Below are positions 50,653-62,894 of a DNA stretch of 64,000 bases, one piece after another. Each line of letters opens with the position of its first letter. Position 1 is the first letter of the stretch. Origin of the DNA: the human T2T-CHM13v2.0 reference genome, Homo sapiens. The notes under the pieces were generated by a model. It made no database searches. It was not told where the DNA came from and was given only the letters and a program-made list of their open reading frames with translations. Both the position numbers and the translations under genes were made by a program. The stretch lies in NCBI RefSeq assembly GCF_009914755.1, contig NC_060928.1; one strand, given 5' to 3'.

Positions 50653-51780
50653 GCAGGGGCACGAAACCTGGAGCAGCCCAGCGCCTGCCCCTCGGGCACC
50701 TCCCAGAGCAGAGCCACAGTTTCCATGCCTGGATGGCCCTTGGCACACGGCCTGCCCAGATGAAGGGAAGGGAAATCTGACCTGGAGCTGTGCCTGGTGG
50801 GTGGTTATGAGCCAGGAAGCCCTGGGGCACGGGATTGGAAGCCGTCTGACTTTCCAGAACCCTCTCTTGCGCTCAATGCTCCTCACCGAGAGTTGGAAGG
50901 TATTTCAGGAATACCGCAGCGGGCATAGCGCTTCCCACATCCGGAATACGTCAGACCCCTTGGTCCCCAGAAAAAGGCGGGAGGCAGATGAGACCAAGTT
51001 TACGATACACAAGTGCATTCATGTTCTCAGGGTCTACAGGCCCCACCACCTCCAGCCAGGGGTCCCCTGTCACTGTTCTCAGAAATCCTGGGGAACCCTG
51101 CTCAGTCCGTCCCCTTCTGATTTCTGCACAAGATTCTCAGCTGGAGGGACGAGAGCAGCTTCCGCTGTTTTCTGGACCTATCAGTGGGGACCCATCTGGA
51201 CAGCTGGCTGTGCATCTGAGGTGGCCCAGGATCACTCGCTTCCCATTCACCAAGAGGGAGCAAAAGGGAGCGGGGGGCCTGAACCTCTGTATGACGGAAG
51301 CACACACGGTGATGGGAGCCCTTTTGAGGGTCGGGACCACAGAATTTTCAGTCCAATTTCTTTGATGATAAAGAAACTAAATAGATGAAGTACATTTACA
51401 GCATCTCTCATCTGCGAGTCCTAAGTGGGATGTCATTGGGCAGCTCAATTCTAAACATCCCCCAGGCAAAACATATTCCTCCATCAGTGAGCTCAGTGGT
51501 CACCAGCTGAGAACACTTGGTAAACACTAAGAAAAGCAATGGAGATGACAGCCAGCCATTCCTCCCTTCCCCAGACTCACCGACACACACGGTCTTCAGT
51601 ACACGGATCTGCTATGGAGGACCACTGTTCTGGGAGGCTGGGGACAACCATGTTTCTCAGGGGCCCTCCTGTGAGCACCCCAGAGAGCACAGCAGGGGGG
51701 CGGCACTCATTCCCATCTCGCAGGAAACACCTATCCCCAGTCAACTCGGAGGGGGCTCCAAAAGCTGCAAAGAATGCCAA

Positions 51781-52068
51781 GCTGGGCGCAGTGGCTCACG
51801 ACTGTAATCCCAGCACTTTGGGAGGTAGGAGGATCACTTGAGCCCAGGAGTTTGATACCAGCCTGGGCGATACTGGCCAAACCTCATCTCTATAAAGAAT
51901 ACAGTAAGTTAGCTGGGCATAATGGTGTACACCTGCAGTCCCAGCTACTTGGGAGGCTGAGGTGGGAGGATCACCTGAGCCCAGGAGATCAAGGCTGTGG
52001 TGAGCTGTGATGGCACCACTATACTCAGCCTGGGCCAGGGAGCGAGGCCCTGCCTCAAAAAAAGAAAA
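51781..52068 (+). mobile_element. AluJ
   Basis: Full two-arm Alu with A tail. Confidence 0.9.
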
Positions 52069-52825
52069 GTTAATTCCGGCAATGAGAGGAACCCACAGAG
52101 CCGGTACAGGAGGACTCCCGTGTTCCAGCCCCTCGGGGCGGGGCCGGCCACACTCCTGTGGCTCCCCAGCTCACACCATCGCACTCCGTGCACTTCCACA
52201 CACAGCACTTTCCGCTGCTGCCGCCAGGACCCGTTTGCTTTGATCAACTACTGTGTTTTAAAGATTTCTGAGGTTTCAAAGGTTAGCATCAAAACTTGCT
52301 AGTGGCTAATCCCATGAGAAGACCGGAAGCTGCCCCAGGAGGGAGTAAACAGGTTCCTCCGAGGCCCTCAGAGCCCGATTCATGCAGCTGGCGGTGCTAG
52401 GGAAGGGGCTGGGGGAAAGCTTATTCCTGGACCCTTTCCTTTGTTTTTCTAAAGAATCACACATCTGAGTGCTGAAGAGGACTTCAGCGGTCTCCTGGTC
52501 TAATCTCCACCGCACCACTGAGAAAACGAGTCCAGAGGAGCCCAGGGCTTGCCTGCATCTGAGATGACTCTGGAGCCAATTGTTGGCACTGGGGCTAAAC
52601 GGTCAGCACCTTCCAGTCACTGTTCACCTTTGAGAACCCGGTTCCTAACAGGATCTGCGGGGTGGTGAGAACTCGATAAGCACCCATTCCCAGATGTCTA
52701 CTGAAGGCTGAGTGCCAAGTGGATGCAGTAGGAAGAAGAATGGGCTCCCTACTCACACCCGAGAATGCTGGGAGCTTAAAGTGCCTGCCCAGGACACCCA
52801 GACACCCCCGGACATCAGGGCTTAC

Positions 52826-52990
52826 CTTGGCCTTCCGCAGCACATGCCCTCGGCAGGGGGAGCTGCCCGGGGCAGCCTGGCTCTTCTTCAAGACGGCCGC
52901 GCTGTTCACCGGCACGGGGCCCTCGGTGTCACTGGTGTCACAGCTGGAGATGGGCGAGTTTTCCAGGGTCCGGTGCCGGAACACTGGAGA
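52826..52990 (-). CDS. AFAP1: AFAP1 penultimate exon: [55 protein letters not shown]
   Basis: ccgttaag| and |gtaagc; 165 nt; phase 0/0. Confidence 0.94.
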
Positions 52991-55218
52991 CTTAACGGAG
53001 AGAGAGAACCCCATGTGATGAGCGGTTTCTGGGCCACTGGTATTCTCCAGCAGGAAAATGATTTATTTCAAGGAAGAAATAAGTTTTGGAAATGGGCAAA
53101 AATAACAGCAGTAGCAGCAAGGACTGCCACGTGGTCAGTGCCTCACCCCCAGAGCGTCTCCTGGCATTCACGGCCGGGGGGCAGAGGCTCCGACGGGCAG
53201 GTGGAGGCTCCAAGGGGTGCTCTGACTCCCGGCTGTGCCTGGGAAGCAGTGAGGGTGGGATTCCTGCCCTAGTCTTTTGCATTCAAAGCTGGGCTCTTGC
53301 ATGCAGCTGCTGCCGCCTCTAGCTGGTCCCTTTGTGCAGTGCTTTAAGGTTTTGAGCTTTTCTGGGGTCAGCGCCCTAGAGATGCTCAGGTAGCAGAAAG
53401 TGGCGGCACTCACGGCAGCACTGGCTAACGGGATGCAGCCCCACTGCGCGGGGCTCGCTGGAGAAAAGCAGGCTCCATGAGCACAGAGGCCTTCCTAGTG
53501 TTTACGGCAGCTTCCATATGCCAAAGGAGGAGGTGTTCAGGAAGGCTGAAAATAGAACAACATGTGTCCTGAGCTGCCGAGGCCCCCATTGCTGGCTCTT
53601 CCATATGGGATCCCAAACTGCTCTCTGGGGGGAAAAAAACGCCACAGTCTGCTGAGCCTTCTCTCAAATGAAGTCTCCAAGGAAGAGACGCTTCCTAGGA
53701 TTCCTGCCAAAATGTGTTTGTTATGTAAAAAATATTGCTCAGGGTATATGGAATATTGTTTTAGAACAGTGTTTCAATTACCATGAAAATGGGCAGCTCG
53801 GGGTCCCCTGTGGGCTTTACTGGCCACAATCCCCAGGCAGCCAACTTGACCTATGCAGTGGCAGCCCCTGGCTGCCGGGAGGGAGCTTAGGGTAGTAGTG
53901 AGTGAATACAATGGAATGATGATCAGGACATCTGTGTCTGGCAGAGGCCAGGCTAGGCTGTGAGTAAAGGGGCAGGTGACCCAAAGACCTGCATCTCAAG
54001 AGGGGTCCACCGAATAAGCCACTCTCCCGAGGACGGCCTGGGCTGCAGCGGTGCAGAGTGCTTCCCCAGATGCGGGGACAGAGGATGGCACCAAGGACAT
54101 CCTCCCTCAAAACAGAGGGGAAGTCGCAAAGCACAGTGGACTGGGAGCGGGGAAGCAGAGGCAGCAAGCCAGGCGTGGGCCCCCAAAGGATACTTGGGAC
54201 AAAGGAGAAGCGAGGCGGGGGGTGGCAAGGCAGGAGCTGGAGAAGGGGCCAGAGGGAAGCTCGAGCCATGGGGGTGGAAGAATGTGGAGCCACCATAGAA
54301 GAGAGTGGGCAGCTGTGCCGAAGGGCACCGGAACCGGGGAGTGAGGACTAACATGTCCACTGGATGGGAATGCCGGGGGTCACCATGATGAAAGCAGGTG
54401 CAATGGGAAGCCACATCCAGAAAGTGAAGCTGTAGGAGGGGCAGAGGACACTGCAAGCATGCTGCAAGCATGGACAACTGCTTCCAAAGTTCACCCTGGA
54501 AGGAAAGGCAAGAACGCAGGGCAAGGGGACAGTCACCAGGGGGAGCAGGAGGCCAGGCAGAACCTTCTTTTTTTTAAGGATGGATTCAACTAGAGAATCC
54601 TTAAATGCTTGGAAAAAGCTGACAGAAAAGCTGAAGACACAGGAGAAGGATCCTCCCAGGTGTCTGGAGGTCAGGAAGGATGAGATCGAGGCACTGACCA
54701 GAGCCCAGGAAGCCCAGCCCCTCCACTCAAACAGAACCAGAGGACGGGGGCGGGACAGCTCCTCAGAGCACTCCTGCCCTGCCACCACCCTCCACGCAGG
54801 ACAAAAGACAAGCAGCGTGGGGGACTGTGTGCACTCCTGCCTCAGATCACAGAGGGAGGGGCACAGGGCTCCATGAAGCAAGGGAAGACCCCTGCCCTGT
54901 CCCAGCCAATGCCTACAGCCTCACTGCCACTCTCACTGCACCTGACCCCACCATGCTCTTGTCCCCATTTATGCTGGATGAGGGACTGGGGTTGTCCAAG
55001 GCACCTCCTAGCCCTTGGATTCCAATTCCCCCTGCACCCCTCCTCCTCAGCACTGTTTCACTGTTCTCCACAGATCTGTCCGCATCTGACACCAACGTGT
55101 TTTATTGGTTTGCCTCCCTCATGAGAAGATAAGCTCCATGAAACAGGGATTCTCACCTATCTTGTTCATAACTGCAGGCCTGGAACAGTTTGTAGCACAC
55201 AGAGGGAACACAGAATGT

Positions 55219-55545
55219 GGGCTGGGCATGGCGGCCCCCGCCGGTAACCACAGTGACTCAGGAAGTGAGGTGGGAGGATCACCTGAGCCCAGGAGTTCAA
55301 GAAGGAACACAGCATATGCATATGTGTGTATGTACACACACACACACCTTTACATATTAAATAGTATGTATCGTATAAATATATAATTGTATTTTATATA
55401 TAATAGATAAATGTTGAATGAATATATGATTTTATGTAATATATAACAGTAATGTATATAATGATATCAACAAGCAATTGTTGGATGAGTGGAATGAATG
55501 AATGAATGCATGTGTATGTTTGGGAAGATGTGAATGATGTGAATG
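55219..55545. repeat. Alu fragment followed by AT-rich (TA)n and (TGAA)n low-complexity sequence
   Basis: gggctgggcatggcgg...ggaggatcacctgagcccaggagttcaag, then an atatat-rich tract. Confidence 0.7.
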
Positions 55546-56801
55546 AACACAGGCGCTTCGGTGGGCACTGTGCCAAAAGCGTCCACACACAGTCTATGCA
55601 GCGACCGTTATTATTTACAGATGAAAAACTCAGGGCCTAGAGAAGTCAAGTCATTTCAAGCCCTGGCCTGTGTGACCCCAGAGCCACCTCTTGAACACCT
55701 GAAAGAACCATGCATGAGTGGCTGGGTTTGTGGTTTGGGGACAGAGCAGTGACCTGGCTGCTTGCTCAGCTCTGCAGGCGGGAGGGAGGTTGTCCTCTGG
55801 GTTGGAGGTGATCGCTGGGGTGCCACAGGAGACTGGGGCAGGGATGGGGGGATGGGAGAGGCTTGGAGGAGAAGGGGAGAGTAAGGAAGAACAGGCTGTG
55901 CGGGTGGTGCCCGGTAGGGGCCAGCAAGTGACTGAAACTCAGGGCTGCCGTCAACCCATAAATGTGTCAATCTTCCCCACAAACCCGCCCAGGGCTCATG
56001 TGGAAGAGCAGCGGTGGGTTCAACCAGGCTCAGCATTTTACTGAGGGGTTTGGAAAGAAGGACCTAGAAGGGGAGCGTTCGGGACGCAGTGGGTGGGGAC
56101 CCAGGGGCACCCACGGTGTTTCGGCTGGAACAGGGGCTGAAGTCCAGCCGTCCCTCACTGGCTGCCTGTTCTGTCTGCCCTGCAGGCGTGTTTACTGCTC
56201 TGGGCCCAGTGCCTCCCTCGCTCAATGGAGTGACGGCATCCAACTCACAAGACAGGAGACTCAACAGAATGACCAAGTGGAGAAGACGTCTAAGTTCTCA
56301 GCAGTCTCAGCCGAATGAGTGAAGAGGAACCAGGGACAGGGATGACTCACATGGGAAGAGGACCCCACTTTGTTCTGTTTGATTCTAAGAGGACACAGAC
56401 TGCTTCATTCATTTCAGTTTCCCCAGCACCTGGCTTAACTCTCAGACATGTTAGACGGTTTGTAAGCACCGGCTCTACTGAACTGGCATCAAATCATGAC
56501 CTGGTTCAGAAGAGACACGAGGACTGGATCTGTTCTAAACAGATTGTGCAAAGGGGAAAGACACAGACTCAGCATTTCCACAGCTTTTAACATTTCAGCG
56601 AGAGGTGAGAAAGCATGTCAGGAACACAGGCCCGGCCGATGAAAGTGTCTGATGCTAACACATGAACTGTCTTCTGCTGGGCACACTAAGGGGCCACAAG
56701 CAAGCTACGCCCCAGAGCCACTCCACATTCTCTCTGGGTGCACTGGCCCTCGGCCACGCAAGGCCGCGCCAGCCTCCGAGGTGAGCCAGAAGGACACACA
56801 C

Positions 56802-56992
56802 CTGTGGACTCGATGTCCCTGACTTGGGCTCGATGGCCAGCCCCAGGGTGACTCCGCCCGCCAGCGCTTTCTTCAGGCTCTCCTTGACCTCCGTCAGCTC
56901 CAGCTCCAGGCTGACACGCTCCGCCTCCTTCTGCCGGCACTCCTCCTCCAGCTGCTTCAGCTTCTCCTCCAGGATCGCCTGCGGCTTCCTGC
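56802..56992 (-). CDS. AFAP1: AFAP1 exon: [64 protein letters not shown] (coiled-coil/actin-binding region)
   Basis: aattccag| and |gtgtgt; 191 nt; heptad pattern. Confidence 0.95.
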
Positions 56993-58720
56993 CTGGAATT
57001 CCCAGAAACGCCGTTACTCCCGCGGCAGGCACAGGTTCTCCAAACAACAGAGAAGGCACCTGGTCCCCAAGAAGAACTTCCACAAAACGTCTGAGGTCGA
57101 GCTCCCCTGACTTAGGTCCTCGTTGTGAAACTTAAATTCAGCAGTTCTCTAAGGGATCAGAGTCCTTCTCCTACCATTTCCCTTTGCTGCAGCCGTTGAG
57201 GACTCGGACCAGGAAAGAGGAGATGCTGATTCTGACGAAGGCCAGGAGCTCCTGGCTCTGGGCCTCAATGTTCTCATTTTAAAACGTGGACCCTAAACTC
57301 CACAGTTCCCAAAGCTGCCACCTTCTTGGAGTGTGAACCCTGTCCTCCCCTAATGCTCCGCCGATCCTTCAGTCATCTTATTTGCGCCCGAGGCAATGAA
57401 CAGTAGCTCAGCTTGCATCTCTACTGGACATGGCACACATTTCTTTAAGGCACATTCACTTATTTTATTTGAGGTTTGCTGCAGTGACCTAAGATGCACC
57501 CACTGGGCAGATGAGAACACCAATCCCAAGAGGTGAACGGACTTGTGCCCAGGGCCTGGGCCGGTGGTGGCCGGCAGGCGAGGTTCTCTTTTTCAAAGCC
57601 AAAAGCACTCCTGGCCCTCCTGCATCTTCACTATCCTGCAAGCTGGGAACACGGGAGAAATGCTACTTCTGTCTCATTAAACTCCATGCCCCGTCCCATT
57701 CTCTGGCACAGCCTCCTCCCGTAGGGTCAGCCTCAGACTGCAGGCCACATCCTGGGCCTCCTATAGGGTCAGCCTGACCTGCCCTGCCAACACCTGCCTT
57801 CCCTCCTCTAAACTCCAAAAGCATTTCCCTTCATCAGATCATTGAGGCACAAAGTCCAGCAAGGCTGGAGCTGCTAACCACCTGCTGGGTGTGCGTCAGC
57901 TCCTCCCCGCGCGGCGAGCCATGGGAAGGCCACAGCCTCTTCTCTGGACCGCCCAGGGCTCTGAGGCATCTGAAGCCCCCGTCCCAGCCCAGGCCAGTAC
58001 AATCTCAATCTAAGGAGCCAGTCTTCCGTAGTCTAAGCACCGGGCTGGAAGGGAGGCCATGCGTAGGTAAGCGGTGCCACCCCAGGCTCCGGAGCTGAGC
58101 GCCAGCTCCCGCCAGCAGGAATTGCACGCGCCTGGCCCAGGGCTGCCACTCTGGCTGCAAACTCAGTTTCTGTGACTTCAGTCCCTCTCTGGTGTCTGTA
58201 TTCCATTAGCCTGGCCTCTTCCCTGATGCATCCCAAGACAGATGCTGCCTTGCTCTCGCCTGTCCCTTCTCAACAAACGAGGGGCTGCTTCTACCCTTGT
58301 CTGGACTTCTGAATATTACTGACCCCTGTGGGCTACCCTCTGTAGAGAAATCCAGCTGATCCCTCCTACCCGGTGACCAGAATCTACTGCGTCCTGCGGA
58401 TACAGGGGCCATCCTCCAGACAATCTCTGTTGTCAGCGCCAGAAGCCGGAACAGGTCCCCCAGCACCTCCCCTGCCTCGGTGAGCAGCGTGTGGGTCTGG
58501 CCCTGGCCTCTGCCTGCACGCCGCATGTTTGACCACACAGGCACCTGCCTCGGGGTTACCAGCAATGTTTCCAAGCCCCAAGAAACACTGTGAGATAACC
58601 CACTCTTACTAAATAAAATGACAGCCTTGGTGAGCAATAGGTCCTTTGGGCAAAGCAGAATGAAATCTCCAGTCTCTAATACAAACATGCACCCTGGGCA
58701 GTCACCCACACCCTTCATAC

Positions 58721-58885
58721 CGGCGTTCACTTCAATAGCCGCTCGAAGGTCTTTTCTTTCCTTGCGGAGCTGGGCCAGCCTATTCCGCAGGGCCTCTTTC
58801 CTCTTCAGCAGCTCCTCCTCTTTGGTCTGTAGCCGCTTGGCATCTGCTTCTACCCGGTTCTTGCCATACTTGTACTGGGCAGCAT
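58721..58885 (-). CDS. AFAP1: AFAP1 exon: [55 protein letters not shown] (leucine zipper)
   Basis: ttcttctcaag| and |gtatga; 165 nt; YGKNR.EAD motif of the AFAP family. Confidence 0.95.
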
Positions 58886-58926
58886 CTTGAGAAGAAAAAA
58901 AAGCAGCAATTAAAAATTAGGTTTAC

Positions 58927-59129
58927 TAGCCTGGGAAATATGGGACGATCCCTTCTCCACAAAAAATACAAAATTAGCCAGGCATGGCGGCACATGCCTA
59001 TAGTCCCAGCTACTCAGGAAGCTGAGGTGGGAGAATCGCTTGAGCTTGGGAGCTTGAGGCTGCAGTGAGCTGTGATCCTGCCACTGTGCTCCAGCCTGGA
59101 TGACAGTGAGACCCCGTGTCAAAAAAAAA
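58927..59129 (+). mobile_element. 5'-truncated AluJ
   Basis: End of the left arm, linker aaaaaatacaaaattagcc, right arm and A tail. Confidence 0.88.
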
Positions 59130-59539
59130 TTAGGTTTATTCAAGCAGATAATGGGGTAACTCAAAAAGCCTGTTGAATCAGCCAACTCAGTAAACAAACA
59201 CAAAGCATTATTTTGCTAATTCAACAAGAAAAGGACAGGGCTGGTATGAACCAAGCAGAAAAGTGACTAGTTCAAATTCTCCAATATTCTTTGAATCAAA
59301 TTCTTAAAAACAAAAACAGAATATTAGGAAATTCCTTTAATTCACTTCCCTTTGAGGCACACGGCTTATAATTAATCTGCAACAAGGTGGAGAATGAACA
59401 TTCTATAATCGGAAAAGACAGGAGTAATATCAAAAATAATGTCTGAAATTTGCTTCCTTCTCTACGTCTTCAAATCCTTCCCTAACACTGCAGTATCTGT
59501 TCCTTATGGCCATGTCATCTGACTGGCTCTGAATTGCTG

Positions 59540-59870
59540 CTACACCCCCAGCACTGAGATTAGCACCCGGCACGGAGTGTGGCACAATAAATGCTTGTTT
59601 AGTGAATAAATGAACAACGGATACATGAAGAGGCAACCAGGAGCGGTATCTGGAGCCTGACTGTCTAGGAAGGAGTCCCAGCTTACACTTGTAGCTGCAT
59701 GACCTGGAACAGGGCACGAATCCCTCTGTGCCTCAGTTTCCCTCATCCGTGAAATGGGGATAGTAAGAGCAGGCAATTCACTGAGTGGTTACGAGGATTA
59801 AATATTTATAAAGCACTTAGAACAAACACAAATGGGCAACACATAAATGCTTATTTCATAAAATGAATAA
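59540..59870. mobile_element. L2/MIR fragments
   Basis: ctctgtgcctcagtttccctcatccgtgaaatggggatagtaa is the MIR core; aataaatgcttgtttagtgaataaatgaa resembles the L2 end. Confidence 0.65.
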
Positions 59871-60356
59871 ATGAAGAGGAAACTAGCTGTAGGGAAAATT
59901 TACAGACTTGGCAACTTCACATCACCAGTGAAAACAGCTTTCAAAACCTGACCCCATGCTCTCTCCTATTATGTTGGCTTTTCAATAACAGTAATTTAGG
60001 ACAACACCTCTTTGTTAAGACACATGGAAGAGATGAAGGTTCTAACAAAACTCGGATGGAGGATCACCGATTTCAAAGCTTCCGTGGTCTCCCAGTCGCT
60101 TCTAACAATCACTCACGCCTGAAGGCAACTCCCAGGCCTTCCTGACTGCACACCCCAAGTGTCTGACTCCCTCACAAGGCTAGAAACTACTTCAGGTAGA
60201 AGCCACAGGGGTGGCATAATGATTAAGAATAAAAACACTGGACTCAGAGAGGTGGCTAGAAACCCACACTCCACCCTCCCTTGCTCCATGACTCTGCAAG
60301 CAACCTCCGGAGAAGCTCAGCTTCACCCTCTCTAAAGCAGAAACGAGAAGGAATCC

Positions 60357-60397
60357 TGTGTGTGTGTATGTGTGTGTGCGTGCGTGTGCATGCGTGT
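60357..60397. repeat. (TG)n microsatellite
   Basis: tgtgtgtgtgtatgtgtgtgtgcgtgcgtgtgcatgcgtgt. Confidence 0.85.
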
Positions 60398-62743
60398 TTT
60401 AAATTAGAACGTTATATCTGAAAAAAATCTAACAAAATGATACGACGCCTGATGTAGTGGACATTCACTGACAATTCTTACCATATCAGCGATAAGTGAT
60501 TCCCAGAGCCTTGTCCACTCAGGGACAGCAGGGAGCCATTTCTAGCACCTGTCCTAAATGCTGGATTTGCCAATTCTTGCAACGTAAGTTATCATGATTT
60601 CAATGAAATACTGCATTTATGAAGGCATAAAAAGTGATCACTCCCCAGTCAATTTTCCCCTAATCAAAAGAACCACATAGAATGACAGCAAAAGCGTCGG
60701 CAGCCTGAGGAGAGGCGAAGCATTCGACAATCTGAAACAAAAGGATCGCTGTTTGCAGCTAAGGTTAACAACATATTTGGCAAACAGGGCCAAGTCCAAA
60801 CTCTACTCGCTTATTTCTAAACTAAGCTGTTTCCCCAATGAACTCAATGCAATCACCTATAAATTTCCACATCTTTTGGTCCCCATGTAATAAATCCCAT
60901 CTAATCTATAATGCAACTGGCTGGATTCAAGCAAAAACACGGAATGCCATTATTTTTCTCTTTTGTCACCATTAGACGTCACCACAGTTAATAAAAACTC
61001 CCTACAGAACATCCCATAAAATAAAGGAATAAATCATCTAGGAAATAAAGTCAGCACAGGTACTGACAGAGAAACACCATGGCGATTGAGACTCCGTGGG
61101 ACTCCGATTTTGCTTGTAACAAAGCTTTCCAGGTGTGAGCTGCTCCTCTCCCCCATCTGCCCCTCCTCAAAGAAACAACACTAAAAGAGGTGAAAGTAAA
61201 TACACCTGATACATTCAGGAAATAAGATTTGCCAGATAAGGTCAAAGGAAGTTAGTACATTAAACAAATGGTGGTAGGAGGGAGGATTTGGCCCAACTGG
61301 CTCCAACCTATCTGGTCAACACGTATGTTGGGTAGAACAGAGGTGGAGAAAAGCCTAGATCAGGGATGTATACGCTTCCTTGGGGCAGACGCAGCCTGGC
61401 CCTGCGGAGCGATTTCAAGCCTCGTTCACGAACATGGCCAAGGACACTGCCAGCCTCTTCATTCCCCTGTGTGGATGCTCCAACTCCAAAAGTGGAACCA
61501 CAGGGCAAATGAATGTCGGCACGTGTCGGTATGGCAGCCTCGCTCTTCGACAGCTGGTGTGGGGGTTACCACCTGGGGCTAGCTGGCCTCATCTTCGTTA
61601 GCACTGAGACTGGTCTACCAGTTGCACAGATTCAGATTTGAAAATCTCAGGTGCAAATCCCAAGTGGCGATGGCATGTAACCACATCAAACTCAACATCT
61701 GCACCTAACTCCCACCTTCTTTCTCTGGGAAATCTTCCTGGACATGCCCAGATGGACTCAGGAGCCCATCACCTGTAAATCCCCACACTGCAGCCCTGCC
61801 ACTTGCTTGTCTGCATGTGTGGGTCCGCTGGACCACTTTGGTGTATCTTTGAGCCCCTTGAGTGAAAAAATGCTGCCTGGCTGGCTCCCTGATTAGACAT
61901 CCAACATAATGAGGACTAACACCAATACAAACACTTAAGAGATGACATATCGCCCTAGCTGGATCTACTACAGGGAAGGGAAGAGGGTGCTGGGTCCAGG
62001 CAGGCTGAGTGTCTCATGTCTTAATGCTTCTCTGCCCAATCTATTTCCGGCTGGATGTGGAGTCTGAAGGCCTGGCACCCACTCTGGCTCTGTGATTTAC
62101 CAGCTGTGAGCCTTGGGGTTGCTGCTTACTCTCTTGGTGATTCTTTACTCATTTCTATGATGGGGTAGAGGATAATGCCTATGCTTACAAAGTGGCTGTG
62201 GGAAGTAAACCGGATGGGATAAGAATGGCTTGCTGTGGACCACAGGCACCGCAGGATAACCATTCCTCAGAACTCCTCGTACTGCTCTAGTGCTTGGAGG
62301 TCCGTGTATTACCTCAGCTATTCCAACCGCACCAACCACGGGAGCCACGTGTCTACGTCTGACAGATAAAGATGCTGAGTTTAGAGTCTGCAAGGCTTGA
62401 CAACCACAGATCAGGGACAGGAGCTGAGGTCTCCTGACCTGGAGCCCAGGGCCACCCGGAGCTGCAAGAAACCTGCACTCACAACTGCCTCCTATTTTAA
62501 AATGCTGAGTCGATCCCACAGGTGGCAAACCAGTTCTGGGCTTCAATTTACAAGCAGTCAGAAAAGCTGGGTTGAAATCGCCACTGTCCTTCTATGTGGC
62601 TGATGAGGAAGGATGACGGTGCCCACCGCTCCATCTCTCCAGCTGACCCCAAGCTGGCACTCACGGGTGGGCAGGCTCAGACAGGCCCAGCTCCACCAAG
62701 TGCACTTGAAGCCGGAATGCAAGACATCCGATGGTATACTTAC

Positions 62744-62858
62744 TCGAACCCGTCCTTTTCACAACAGCCGCGGGATCCGCTTTCTTTGGCTGACTGCTCA
62801 GAGTCTTCCCTTTTCCTGTGACCCCATTAGACGCCACGGGGGGCTTTTTACCCTTGAG
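62744..62858 (-). CDS. AFAP1: AFAP1 exon: LKGKKPPVASNGVTGKGKTLSSQPKKADPAAVVKRTGS
   Basis: tttatttcaacag| and |gtaagt; 115 nt; starts in phase 0. Confidence 0.94.
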
Positions 62859-62865
62859 CTGTTGA

Positions 62866-62894
62866 AATAAACATATAAGAACATTAAAAATAAA
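62866..62894 (+). terminator. AFAP1-AS1: Clustered poly(A) signals of AFAP1-AS1 (AATAAA 62866, ATTAAA 62883, AATAAA 62889)
   Basis: Three hexamers followed by the U-rich tcttggtctttttttttct. Confidence 0.75.

Noticed and set aside
50639-51388. 249-aa + strand ORF in the AFAP1/AS1 intron
   Set aside because: Intronic on both strands, with no splice support or domain similarity I can recognise.
56315-56590. 91-aa ORF near the start of AS1 exon 2
   Set aside because: Preceded by several AUGs and without distinctive composition; cannot be supported from sequence alone, though Ribo-seq could rescue it.
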